Part shown: positions 1 to 11,821 of the stretch, one piece after another
Layout: each line of letters begins with the position of its first letter
How positions within the stretch are numbered: position 1 is the first letter of the stretch
Assembly (NCBI GenBank): GCA_951406725.2
Contig: OX597824.1
Location: 10,292,001-10,356,000 of the forward strand
Source of the DNA: Octopus vulgaris
Taxonomy: Eukaryota
Direction of reading: 5' to 3'
Length of the DNA stretch: 64,000 nucleotides
Made by a program: the position numbers and the translations under genes
The notes under the pieces: model-generated
What the model saw: the letters and a program-made list of their open reading frames with translations, nothing else
Database searches by the model: none
What the model was told of the DNA's origin: nothing

Positions 1-488
1 TGGCCTATGCTAGGGGTATAACCAACCCACTTATGCGTACCTTTCCCTCATTGGACTCTAAACTCTGCTTGCGAAGACCTGTTGAGAGCACCATCCAAGT
101 GTGATCGTTGCCAGAGCAGCTAACTGGCTTCCATGCCAGTGGCATGTAAAAAGCACCATTCGAGCGTGATCGTTACCAACTGGCATGTGAAAAATATTTA
201 AGCAAGGTCATTGCCAGTGCTGCTGGACTGGCTCCTGTGCAGGTGGCACGTAAAAAACACCATTTGAGCATGGCTGTTGCCAGTACTGCCTGACTAGCCC
301 TTGTGCCGGTGGCATGTAAAAGCACCCACTACACTCTCAGAGTGGTTGGCATAAGGAAGGGCATCCAGCTGTAGAAACACTGCCAGATCAGATTGGGGCC
401 TGGTGCAGCCATCTGGTTCACCAGTTCTCAGTTAAATCGTCCAATCCATGCCTGCATGGAAAGAGGACGTTAAATGATGATGATGATA
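1..488 (+). mobile_element. SINE family A, (ATG)n-tailed
   Basis: ggcatccagctgtagaaac...ggacgttaaatgatgatg; many copies in the window. Confidence 0.8.
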
Positions 489-504
489 TATATATATATA
501 TATT

Positions 505-787
505 AGATATTACAGTTCTATATTTAAGAGATGAGGAATTATGTACATTACTTACATTTGATGGATATTTGTCCTCATCTTGTTCGTTGTTAACACAACG
601 TTTCGGCTGATATACCCTCCCACCTTCATCAGGTGTCTTGGGGAAATTTTGAACCTGGGTTCTCATTCCTAAGGAATTTTTCAATGTTGTTGTTAATATT
701 TATTAGTCAGGTCACAGCCTGGAATCGAACTCAGAATCGTGGGGTTAGTAGCGCATGCTCTTAACCACTACGCGTAGTGGTTAAGAG
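505..787 (-). mobile_element. tRNA-headed non-autonomous element with Penelope-like hammerhead tail
   Basis: Minus strand: A-box-like gtagtggttaag and B-box gagttcgattcc, then the hammerhead; 30-bp terminal palindrome at 758-787. Confidence 0.6.
592..637 (-). ncRNA. Minimal type I hammerhead ribozyme motif (C3-G8 core)
   Basis: Minus strand: gacac CTGATGA a ggtgg-gagggtatat-cagcc GAA ACGT T gtgtt; stem I gacac/gtgtt, stem II, palindromic ACGT in place of stem III as in Penelope-associated hammerheads. Confidence 0.75.
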
Positions 788-1031
788 TTAACAGTATTCT
801 CCAGTATTTTCAACTCTAACATAAATCATAACATCTACAAATATACTTTGGAGAACTGGAATATGCATAAGTGCTTCATGAGAATACAGCTTGGATTATA
901 ACCCTATCTGTCTATTTATTTATATATAGCCTCCCTTGACCTCAAGTGGCCTGAACTCTTTACATGAACACCACCCTGTACTTAACTCCATGTCCCCCTA
1001 CATGGCCTTGCTATTTGCTTTTGAGCCAAAT

Positions 1032-1067
<36 letters not shown>

Positions 1068-1914
1068 ATATATATATATATATATATATATATTATTCAA
1101 AGGAATTCCAACTCTGTCTGTTTTTTATGTTTTATTTATATTCTTTATAATATTAATGTAGAATATAGAATATATAGTATAAATAATATATATATATATA
1201 GTAAAATGAAATGAAGTATTGATTGTCTTATTGAATATCAAATATTAAGGGACTAGTATAAATATATATATGTCTATTTATATGTATGTATGTATCTATC
1301 TATCTATGTGTGTTTGTATTTCTTTGCGACTGTGTTTTTGTCTCCCCACCACCACCACCTGACAATCAGTGTTGGCATGTTTACATCCCTGTAACTTAGC
1401 AGTCCAGCAAAAGAGAACAACAGAATAAATATCAGACTTAACAAATAAATATTTGTATCAATTTGATCACCTAAAAGGGGAGTGTCCCAGCACGGCCAGT
1501 TCAATAATTGAAATATGCAAAAAAAAAGAATTTTTTTAAAAACACACAACTGGCAGGCTCTGTTCAGAATATTAGGTCATTGCTCTCTCTCTTTCATAGT
1601 AAACTAATTTAGCCTACAATATGAACTATTTCTACAACTATTACTGTTTACTATAAATCTATAAATAGCATATACTTGACACTGTTTTCAATCCCACCCC
1701 TAATGATTGTGAAGAGAGGTGGATATAAATATGGAAAGCTAACATAGGGGTGTAGGAGTGGCTGCATGGTAAGACGCTTGCTTCCCAATTACATGGTTCC
1801 TAGGTTCAGTCCCACTGCATGGCACCTTGGGTGAGTGTCCTCTGCTATAGCCTCGGGCCAACTAAAGCCTTGTGAGTGGATTTGGTAGATGGAAACTGGA
1901 AGAAGCCCATCATA

Positions 1915-2560
1915 TAAAAAGCACCATCCGTTCGTGGCCGTTTGCCAGCTCGTCTGGCACCTGTGCGGGTGGCACGTAAAAAGCACCCACTACACTCACG
2001 GAGTGGTTGGCATTAGGAAGGGCATCCAGCCGTAGAAACACTGCCAGATTTGACTGGGCCTGATGAAGCCTTCTGGCTTCACAGACCCCAGTAGAACCGT
2101 CCAACCCATGCTAGCATGGAAAACGGACGTTAAATGATGATGATGATGATATATATCATCATCATCGTTTAATGTCCGCTTTCCATGCTAGCATGGGTTG
2201 GACGATTTTGACTGAGGGCTGGTGAACCAGATGGCTGCACCAGGCTCCAGTCTTGATCTGGCAGAGTTTGTACAGCTGGATGCCCTTCCTAACGCCAACC
2301 ACACCGAGAGTGTAGTGGGTGCTTTTACGTGCCACCGGCACGGGGGCCAGTCAGGCGGTACTGGCAACGACCTCGCTCATATCTTTTTACAGGTGCCAGT
2401 AAGGCGATGCTGGCAACGACCTCGCTCGTATCTTTTTACACATGCCAACGGCACAGGTGCCAGTAAGGCGATGCTGGTAACGATCTCGCTTGAATGGTGC
2501 TTCCTACATGCCACCGGCATGGAAGCCAGTTAGCTGCTCTGGCATCGATCACGCTTGGAT
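1915..2560. mobile_element. Two family A SINEs in tail-to-tail inverted arrangement
   Basis: + copy ends in (atg)n at 2150; minus copy starts with (atc)n at 2155. Confidence 0.85.
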
Positions 2561-3516
2561 ATATATATATATATATATGTATGTGTCTTTGTGTCTGTTT
2601 GTTTCCTCATCACCCCTTGGCAACCGGTGTTGGTGTGTTTACGTCCCTGTAACTTAGCAGTTCAGCCAAAGGGATTGTGAGAATAAGTACCAGGCTTAGA
2701 AATGAGTACTGGGGTCAATTCATTCAACTAAAAAAATTCAAGATGGTGCCCCAGCGTGGCCACAGTCCAATGACTGAAGCCAGTAAAAATAAAAGAAAAA
2801 ATATAGATGTAAAACTAATAATACTCAGACTGTATGTGGAAGGTATATATCTTAGTGGTAAACAGAAATGTTTTAGATTTTTGCCTGTAGCATTTACTAC
2901 ACCAAAAGGCTGAGCTAAATTATGTTCACTCTGTTGGTGAGACAGTTACAGCTTTGCCTTTATGGTGACATAAATGGTTATGGTATCATGTTATATTAAG
3001 AAAGCAGCAGTGAAATATGTGGTTGTAAGATATATTTCAATCAAGAAAATAGGACACTTACAAATTCATCTACATACACACACACACACACACACATGTA
3101 TATATATAGTAAATTAATAATGTATAGTGCTCAGGTGCACTACAACTCATCAAAGGTGCATGTACAGTACATAGAATTATGTACAAAGGTCAGGAAAGTG
3201 AACAGTGTAAGAGTCATGATATGCATACGTATGGAGCAGGGATATCAGGTGTAGTGTTGGCAAATTTCAGGAAGCCTGGAGGTTTTAAAAGATGAATGTA
3301 TGTGTGTGTATAGGTCGGTTGTCCATAAGTCTGAAAAAAGCATACTAAAATGTTTTTGTGTTTGATCAGTAATATTATATGTAGTTGTTTGGTATGGCCG
3401 GTCAGATAGTTATCATTAGTCTCAGGTCTACTGTTGCATTTAGCAATATAGACGAGATATCAGACTTCTTGACCGGAGGTACATAATCTCTTTATTAACC
3501 TCTTTACATCAGCTTG

Positions 3517-3770
3517 TGGAGGTGCGTGGCTTAGTGGTTAGGGTGTCAGCATCATGATCATAAGATTGTGGTTTCGATTCCTGGACCGGGCGACGCGTTG
3601 TGTTCTTGAGCAAAACACTTCATTTCACGTTGCTCCAGTCCACTCAGCTGGCAAAAATGAGTAACGCTGCGATGGACTGGCGTCCCGTCCAGCTGGGGAG
3701 CACATACGCCATGATACCAGGAAACTGGGTCCATGAGCCTGGTTAGGCTTTAAAAGAGTGCATTTATTTA
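3517..3770 (+). mobile_element. tRNA-derived SINE family E
   Basis: A box tggcttagtggttag, B box gtttcgattcc, gtgttcttgagcaaaacact domain; relatives at 25664-25890, 42930-43162 (minus) and 62920-63130. Confidence 0.75.
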
Positions 3771-4050
3771 TGTGGAGGCACATGGCCTAGTGGTTACAGC
3801 AGCGGACTGTGTGTGTTTATGAGCGAAAACACCTAAGTTCCACACGGTTCCGGCAGAAGGTAATGGTGAAACTTCTGCTGACTCTTTCGCCACAACTTTC
3901 TCTCACTCTTTCCTCCTGCATCTTGCAGCTCACCTGCGACGGACCGGCGCCCCATCCAGGTGGGGAACCTATACGCCAAGAAACCAGGAAACTGGCCCTT
4001 ATGAGCCAGGTATGGCTCGAGAAAGAACAAACAAATACATGTATATATAT
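3771..4050 (+). mobile_element. SINE, same family as 11523-11821, internally deleted head
   Basis: High identity to the reverse complement of 11523-11821. Confidence 0.85.
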
Positions 4051-4142
4051 GTGTGTGTGTATATAGAGTCCACAAAAAAAATATATACATATTTCAAAAA
4101 GAATGGGTGCAGGATTAATACAAGTTACCTTTAAACTCTACA

Positions 4143-4560
4143 GTTACAGGTGTTGCTCAAAGTGGTGACCATTAGCCTCTGGACATATTAGTATGGTGAA
4201 CTACTGCTTTGGCAATGTTGACCAAAATGTCCAAAGGGATTGCTGCACGTTCTTTTTCAGTTCCTTTCTGAAGGGCCATCATTGTAGCCAGTTTTCTGCA
4301 CTGTATACGACATCCTTTAAGGTACCCCATAAATATAAGTCTGCAAGTGTTAAATCAGAAGAATGGGTAGGGAACTCAACTGCACCCTCTTCATCTTATC
4401 TAGAGTCCTTGCAGATTTATATCCAGGTAAGCTCGGTGGTATATTTCCTTGAAAGAGAAATTCCTCATTTTCATGAAGTGCAAGTATGGCAGGTAAAATG
4501 AATGTGCACTTTACCAGTAAAAGTAACTTCAAAGGAAAATAGTTTGATTAAACTTCTTGT
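4143..4560 (-). mobile_element. Decayed Tc1/mariner transposase C-terminus (rosa/DD41D-like)
   Basis: Minus-strand translation with stops and frameshifts: RGAVEFPTHSSDLTLADLYLWGTLKDVVY...EANGHHFEQHL*. Confidence 0.7.
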
Positions 4561-4680
4561 TGACACTCCATAGCAGATATTGATTTGCAGTGAATCAACT
4601 GCTTTGTCCACATGCAAGCAAGGATTTTTTAGTATCCAGTAAACACAGTTGTATTGGTTCCCTGTTCCATTTAGCTAAAA

Positions 4681-4822
4681 CTAGCAGTATTGCCCAGCGC
4701 TGCTCGGGTTTGTTTCGACCCTTTAGAATTGGAATTTTTGAAAAGTAAAAATTTTGCATTATGTAGCTTGTTATTCTCTTTAAGTGGACATTTTTCTGGT
4801 TGAAATACACTGAAAAATGGTG
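4681..4822 (-). mobile_element. Non-autonomous Helitron, 3' fragment
   Basis: CTAG end plus cccgagcagcgctggg hairpin on minus; shares sequence with 29903-30355 and 52404-52682. Confidence 0.7.
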
Positions 4823-5254
4823 CTTTTTACATAGCACCATTACCGGTACTTTTTATGTGGCTCCAGCATCAATGCTTTTTACGTGGCACTGGCACCAGTG
4901 CTTTTTACATGGCATTAGCTCCAACATGAATACTTTTTACATAGCACCTTGGTTTTAGGCTATCAATTCTGTTGTCATGGGCAGGTCTTCATAAGTACAA
5001 ACAACGTGCTGCATATTTCAGTCCTCTGTCATCTCCTTCATAAGACTCATCATTTTGAGATCAAATTTCAGTACTTCGTCTCATATCTTCCTGGGTCTCC
5101 CTCTTCCACAACTTCCCTCCATTTTAAGTGATCGGCATTTCTTTAAGCAACTGTCCTCATCCATCCACATCACGTAACCAAACCAGTGCAGTCTTTTCTT
5201 TTATGTGTATGTATGTTTCTCTTCTATTTTTAATCATTTACAAATACAAACTCC

Positions 5255-5395
5255 ATGATATTTGAGGAAATTAATAATAATAGACAGATATAATTAATAT
5301 ATGTAGTATAAAATTATGTTTCTTTGATATGCTAGAAAAATAATAAATATATTTCCATAGAAACAGTGGTTGCAAAATCTAGTTGTTGATATTGA
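5255..5395. repeat. Inverted duplicate of 15547-15696
   Basis: About 140 bp of AT-rich sequence, near-identical reverse complement apart from small indels. Confidence 0.9.
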
Positions 5396-5601
5396 ATGTA
5401 GATAATGGAAACAATGTCACAGTTTAAACCTGAGAAAAGACTTGCATAATTTTACTGTTTGGCTTCCAGATTGTATTTGTAATCTCCCAGTTAGATGGTT
5501 GATTTCTTTTTCTAAAAATCAAGCTTACCCAGACTGACAGTTAGGCATTTACTTATAAAACCAAGTGCTACAATTATTATTGGTATAACCGTAAATTTAT
5601 A

Positions 5602-5814
5602 CTGTTGTGTCTGGAGAGAGTCATTTTCTTTTTGTGCCTTATAATGTAACACACTCACCGGTAAAATTTCCACTTATTTCTTATTTTTATTTTCCTAAAA
5701 TTTTCGTTGTGTCTTGCAACCTTTTCAATAGTCTTGAAATAAGTGGAAATTTTACCGGTGAGTGTGTTACATTATAAGGCACGAAAAGACAGTGACTCTC
5801 CCCAGACACAACAG
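5602..5814. repeat. Fold-back element, 79-bp inverted arms (Penelope-like inverted terminal repeat)
   Basis: Arms 5602-5680 and 5736-5814 are near-perfect reverse complements; the loop holds the hammerhead-like motif. Confidence 0.85.
5695..5731 (-). ncRNA. Minimal hammerhead-like motif, U3-A8 variant
   Basis: Minus strand: cta TTGAAAA g gttg-caagaca-caac GAA AATT T tag; stem I is only 3 bp in this copy. Confidence 0.5.
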
Positions 5815-5830
5815 AATATGCTTCAACACT

Positions 5831-6225
5831 CATCATCATCATCGTTTAACGTCCGCTTTCCATGCTAGCATGGATTGGACGGTTCAACTGGGGTCTGGGA
5901 AGCCCGAAGGCTGCACCAGGCCCAGTCAGATCTGGCAGTGTTTCTACAGCTGGATGCCCTTCCTAACGCCAACCACTCCAAGAGTGTAGTGGGTGATTTT
6001 ATGTGCCACCGACACAGGTGCCAGATGAGGCTGGCGAACAGCCACTCTCAGATGGTGTTTTTTATGTGCCACCGACACAGGTGCCAGACGAGGCTGGCGG
6101 ACGGCCATGCTCGGATGGTGTTTTTTATGTGCCACCGACACAGGTGCCAGACGAGGCTGGCGAACGGCCACGCTTGGATGGTGTTTTTTATGTGCCACCG
6201 ACACAGGTGCCAGACGAGGCTGGCG
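5831..6225 (-). mobile_element. Family A SINE with internal about 63-bp tandem repeats
   Basis: Four ttttatgtgccaccgacacaggtgccaga units. Confidence 0.85.
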
Positions 6226-6229
6226 ATAA

Positions 6230-6540
6230 AAAGTCTTACAAACCAAATCCAAAAATGAAACGTAAATTTATAATTGTGATATAGAATCTGGAGGTTTTGA
6301 AGCTGTTGTCCACAGTTATCTTCTTTCTCTTTGATTTTTAAAGAGATATTCACATCAACAGGACAGCTGACTTCTGTGATGGTACAAACTTTTTCTTGTC
6401 TCTCCTAAACAACAATATCTGGCTTGTTAGGCTTACACCTGACAGATATTTGATGGGAATGTTCTACTAGTTTTATTTTGTGCTGGTATTGATGTATGCA
6501 TTTGATAACCCTGGGGATCCTATATATTTATTCCAGAACA
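6230..6540 (-). mobile_element. Fragment of a non-LTR retrotransposon with restriction-like endonuclease (R4/Dong-like)
   Basis: Minus: CKPNKPDIVV*ERQEKVCTITEVSCPVDVNISLKIKEKEDNCGQQLQNLQILY, fitting the PD..E..K RLE motif. Confidence 0.7.
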
Positions 6541-6549
6541 GTCTTTGTT

Positions 6550-7440
6550 TCACGTGTGTTTACGTATTTTTCACTCATTGGTGATGTCTTGTACTTAATG
6601 TGTATTTTCTTTATTTATTTATAATTGAACACCACGCAGCCTTGTCTACAGTAAGTTCTTAAATTTATATATAAATTCTGCGAGTTCACACTGTTTTCTT
6701 TCTTTCTTTCTCTCTATCCCTCTATAATCCTCTATATTTTCCGTTTCTCCTCCTCCTTCATTGCTGTCACCTGTCTGTCTGTCTTCCACTTCCTACTTTC
6801 TTTGTTTTCTTCCTTCTCCTCACTTTGTTTCCTTCCCTTATCCTATCTGCCTCTTGCCCACATGTGACTATAGGCCATTTCTCTCACCTCTGTCTTTTCT
6901 GGACCAGACGTCCACCTAGCTGGACATCATTTCTCTTGCCTCCTCACATTTCTTTTTCTCTTCTATTTATTCTATATCCTTTCAAAATTTCTCCCAGGCA
7001 TTATACATTACAATTCATCTTGGCCTAACGGCCCTTAATATTTGTTGATTGTTTACTCTGTACATCCACTCTGTTGTTCTATCTTCATTTGAAGCCCTGA
7101 CTCTCCAAAAGTATAATATTTTAAAAATTTCTGGATACTGTTGTTTTATGAAGTTTTTCCTATATTTTCATTGGAAGTACAAAATACGGAGTAGTAAAAC
7201 AGTCAACAACTGACGAGGAGTTATCTTCTTTTGGTATTTTGTCCTGTACTTATCTCGGGTTTACGTATTTCTCACTCATCCATGATGCCCTGTAATTATT
7301 TTGGAAGATTTGGTATTTTATCGTGTACTTATCTCTCGTGTATTTAAACATTTTTCACTCGTTGATGATGTCTTGTAATTCATGTGTATTTTGTATTTAT
7401 TTACAATCGAATGTCATACAGATTTGTCAACAGTAGTTCT
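6550..7440. mobile_element. Old element with about 110-bp imperfect direct terminal repeats
   Basis: 6552-6660 resembles 7337-7440, with a partial third copy at 7258-7297. Confidence 0.45.
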
Positions 7441-7449
7441 CGCAATTAT

Positions 7450-8295
7450 ATGTATGTATGTATATATGTGTGTGCATATATATATATATGTATATACATA
7501 AAGATGTAAATGTACACACACAAATATACATATATATATCATCATCATTAAACGATGATGATGATGATATATATATGTATATTTGTGTGTGTGTATTTAT
7601 ATCTTTATGTGTATATATGTGTGTGTATATATGTGTGTGTGTATGTATATATGTGTATATATATATATGTGTATATATATGTGTATATATATATGTATAT
7701 GTGTGCATATATGTGTGTATGTATGTGTGTATGTGTGCATATATGTATATGTGTGCATGTATGTGTGTATGTGTGCATATATGTATATGTGTGCATATAT
7801 GTATATGTGTGTATATATGTATATATATATGTGTGTGTATATATATATATGTGTACATATGTGTGTGTATATATATATATGTGTACATATGTGTGTGTAT
7901 ATATATGTGTGTGTATTTACGTTTGTATATATATGTGTGTGTATTTACGTTTGTATATATATGTATGCGTATGTATATATGTATGTATGCATATGTATAT
8001 ATGCGTATGTATATATGTATGTATGCATATGTATATATGCGTATGTATATATGCGTATACATATATGCGTATGCATATATATATATATGCGTATACATAT
8101 ATGCATATATATATATATGCGTATACATATATGCATATATATATATGTGTATACATATATGCATATATATATATATATGCGTATACATATATGCATATAT
8201 ATATATATATGCGTATACATATATGCATATATATATATATATGCGTATACATATATGCGTATATATGTATGTGGATATATATATGTATGTATATA
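7450..8295. repeat. Compound (TA)/(TG)/(TATG) microsatellite
   Basis: Alternating purine-pyrimidine tract; source of the spurious YI/CV/HT ORFs. Confidence 0.97.
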
Positions 8296-10505
8296 TGGTG
8301 GCGAGCTGGTAGAAATGTTATCACACCGGGCGAAATGCGTAGCCGTATTTTGTCTGCCGTTACGTTCTGAGTTCAAATTCCACCGAGGTCGACTTTGCCT
8401 TTCATCCTTTCGGGGTCGATAAATTAAGTACTAGGTACGCACTGGGGTCGATGTAATCGACTTAATCCGTTTGTCTGTCCTTGTTTGTCCTCTCTGTGTT
8501 TAGCCCCTTGTCGGCAGTAAAGAAATAGATATATATATGTATGTGTATATGTATATGTCTATATTTGTGTATATATATATGTCGTAATCTGTCATCAACC
8601 CCAATGCCCAGCTGGTATTCATTTCATCAACCCAAAACAGATGACAGGCAAAGTTGACCCTGGTAGCAGTTCAAACTTAAAACATAAAGTCAAACGATTA
8701 TGCTGTTAAGCATTTCCCCTGGTGTGCTTAGAAATCTGCTAGCTTTCTGCCCTAAGCTTAACATAAATATTAAATCTAAATTATTGTAGCATATCACATT
8801 ATTTCGACATGGTTTAATTCTTTAACAAACCTTAGTAAGACATCATCAACCCTTTTGATACCAACCCAACTGAAACTGGCTCTGGCTCTGATTACAATTG
8901 TTTTCATAAGTTTTGAATTAAAATCTTCCACCAAACGTTAGCCACAATTTATGTTCCTAACACTAGCTGAATGATAACTAAGTTATTTTACTAAACTCTT
9001 TGTTAAATTTAAAGTAACTGAAAGAAACACAGAGCATCTCATCAGAAATATGGTAACTAAAGGGTTAAAGTCACCATGATATTTTTAATGAACCCTTTTG
9101 ATACCAACCCAGCTGAAACTGCCTCTGGCTCTGTAGTACAAATGTCTTGTTTTCATAAGTTTTGAATTAAAATCTTCCACCAAACCTTAGCCAAAATTTT
9201 TGTTCCTAACACTAGTTTAATAATAACTAAGTTATTTTACTAAATTCTTTGTTATATTGAAAATAATAGAAAGAAATACAGAGCATCTCAAAATAAATAC
9301 AGTAACAAAAACGGGTTAAGTGTCTCAGAATACAGATATCGGTTGTTGTTTTGTCTTCTCTGTAATTTAAGAGTAAACATATCAGTGTGTTTACTCATTG
9401 CAGCTGAGTGCTAACATTGATGTGCTTTCTGTGTGTAAATTATTAGCTCATTTCATAGTAATATATTAAGAATTAATTGTACTTTGCTGTTTGCAGGATT
9501 TTGGTCCGATTCATTTACGCCCTCTGTTGGTGTTTTTCGCATGTAGTAATGACATCCACGTGCATGTAACGTCTGCAGTGCATAATTTGACATCACTGTG
9601 ACAACTTAGTCTTCACATATGGCATTTTCTGATGTTTAATTGTATGGTGTCTTCTCCAGCATGGCCTTGGACTGCTGAATGCCATACACTTAACTATTTC
9701 TTGTCTGCCAATCTTAACCTCTGGAATTCTTTGCTCATTTCTTCTTCCAACAACCATTAACTATACGAGCATGTTCTTTTCTGTTTAGGAATTGGAAAGG
9801 TTTTATGGTGACTTCCCCCTCTTCTTCAGATTAACTAAGAATTTATCTTTTTTTCCTCTTTTCTTTTTACTTGTTTCAGTCATTTGACTGCGACCATGCT
9901 GGAGCAGTGCCTTTAGTCGAGCAAATTGCCCCCAGGACTAATTCTTTGGAAGCCCAGTACTTATTCTATCGATCTCTTTTGCCGAACTGCTAAGTTACAG
10001 GGACGTAAACACACCAGCATCGGTTGTCAAGCAATGTTGGGGGGGACAAACACAGACACACAAACATATACACACACATACATACATATATATGGCAGGC
10101 TTTGTTCAGTTTCTCTCTACCAAATCCACTCACAAGGCTTTAGTCGGCCCTAGGCTATAGTAGAAGACACTTGCCCAAGGTGTCACGCAGTGGGACTGAA
10201 CCCGGAACCATGTGGTTCATAAGCAAGCTACTTACCACACAGCCACTCCTGCACATCTGTGTACATTTCCATATGAACTTGATGCTAAGTGGAACTTTTC
10301 AGATATATTCAATGCGATTCTCAATCTCTGCCAGCTCTGTAGGACCATCTAGCTTAATCTGGTTCAGACACGACATGAATAGATGATGAGTCATACATAT
10401 AAGAGATGCATATGCTGTCATGTGTGTGTGAGAGCATTGACATTAGTTGTGAGTAGTAACACAACATGGTAGGCCCATCTTACCCATGTTAATATTAGAA
10501 AGATT

Positions 10506-11821
10506 CTGTTGTTGTTTGTTTGTTCCTTTTCGAGCCATGCCTGGCTCATAAGGGCCGGTTTCTTGGCGTATAGGTTCCCATATATACATATATACATGTA
10601 TTTGTTTGTTCTTTCTCGAGCCATGCCTGGCTCATAAGGGCCGGTTTCTTGGCGTATAGGTTCCCATATATACATATATACATGTATTTGTTTGTTCCTT
10701 TTCGAGCCATGCCTGGCTCATAAGGGCCGGTTTCTTGGCGTATAGGTTCCCATATATACATGTATTTGTTTGTTCCTTTTCGAGCCATGCCTGGCTCATA
10801 AGGGCCGGTTTCTTGGCGTACAGGTTCCCATATATACATATATACATGTATTTGTTTGTTCCTTTTCGAGCCATGCCTGGCTCATAAGGGCCGGTTTCTT
10901 GGCGTATAGGTTCCCATATATACATGTATTTGTTTGTTCTTTCTCGAGCCATACCTGGCTCATAAGGGCCGGTTTCTTGGCGTATAGGTTCCCATATATA
11001 CATATATACATGTATTTGTTTGTTCTTTCTCGAGCCATGCCTGGCTCATAAGGGCCGGTTTCTTGGCGTATAGGTTCCCATATATACATATATACATGTA
11101 TTTGTTTGTTCCTTTTCGAGCCATGCCTGGCTCATAAGGGCCGGTTTCTTGGCGTATAGGTTCCCATATATACATATATACATGTATTTGTTTGTTCCTT
11201 TTCGAGCCATGCCTGGCTCATAAGGGCCGGTTTCTTGGCGTATAGGTTCCCATATATACATATATACATGTATTTGTTTGTTCTTTCTCGAGCCATACCT
11301 GGCTCATAAGGGCCGGTTTCTTGGCGTATAGGTTCCCATATATACATATATACATGTATTTGTTTGTTCTTTCTCGAGCCATGCCTGGCTCATAAGGGCC
11401 GGTTTCTTGGCGTATAGGTTCCCATATATACATATATACATGTATTTGTTTGTTCCTTTTCGAGCCATGCCTGGCTCATAAGGGCCGGTTTCTTGGCGTA
11501 TAGGTTCCCATATATACATGTATTTGTTTGTTCTTTCTCGAGCCATACCTGGCTCATAAGGGCCGGTTTCCCGGTTTCTTGGCGTATAGGTTCCCCACCT
11601 GGATGGGGCGCCGGTCCGTCGCAGGTGAGATGCAGGAGGAAAGAGTGAGAGAAAGTTGTGGCGAAAGAGTCAGCAGAAGTTTTGCCATTACCTTCTGCTG
11701 GAGCCGTGTGGAGCTTAGGTGTTTTCGCTCATAAACACACACATCGCCCGGTCTGAGATTCGAACCTGCGATCCCTCGACCGCGAATCCGCTGCTCTAAC
11801 CACTAGGCCATATGCCTCCAC
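10506..11821 (-). mobile_element. tRNA-derived SINE with a 13-copy tandem array of its 3' end (86/78-bp units)
   Basis: SINE head at 11821 (ggaggcatatggcctagtggttagagc...ggttcgaatc on minus); unit spacing 86 or 78 bp; whole structure flanked by attagaaagatt (10494-10505, 11822-11833). Confidence 0.9.

Noticed and set aside
3517-3600. tRNA gene candidates at SINE heads (also 11745-11821, 27878-27950)
   Set aside because: A/B boxes run into SINE bodies without a closed acceptor stem; tRNA-derived, not tRNAs.
7427-8422. Overlapping 250-284 aa ORFs in several frames
   Set aside because: Translations of a TA/TG microsatellite that lacks stop codons; no coding complexity.
10506-11590. CRISPR-like regular array
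   Set aside because: Units are near-identical with no unique spacers, derive from a SINE tail, and the context is eukaryotic with no cas genes.
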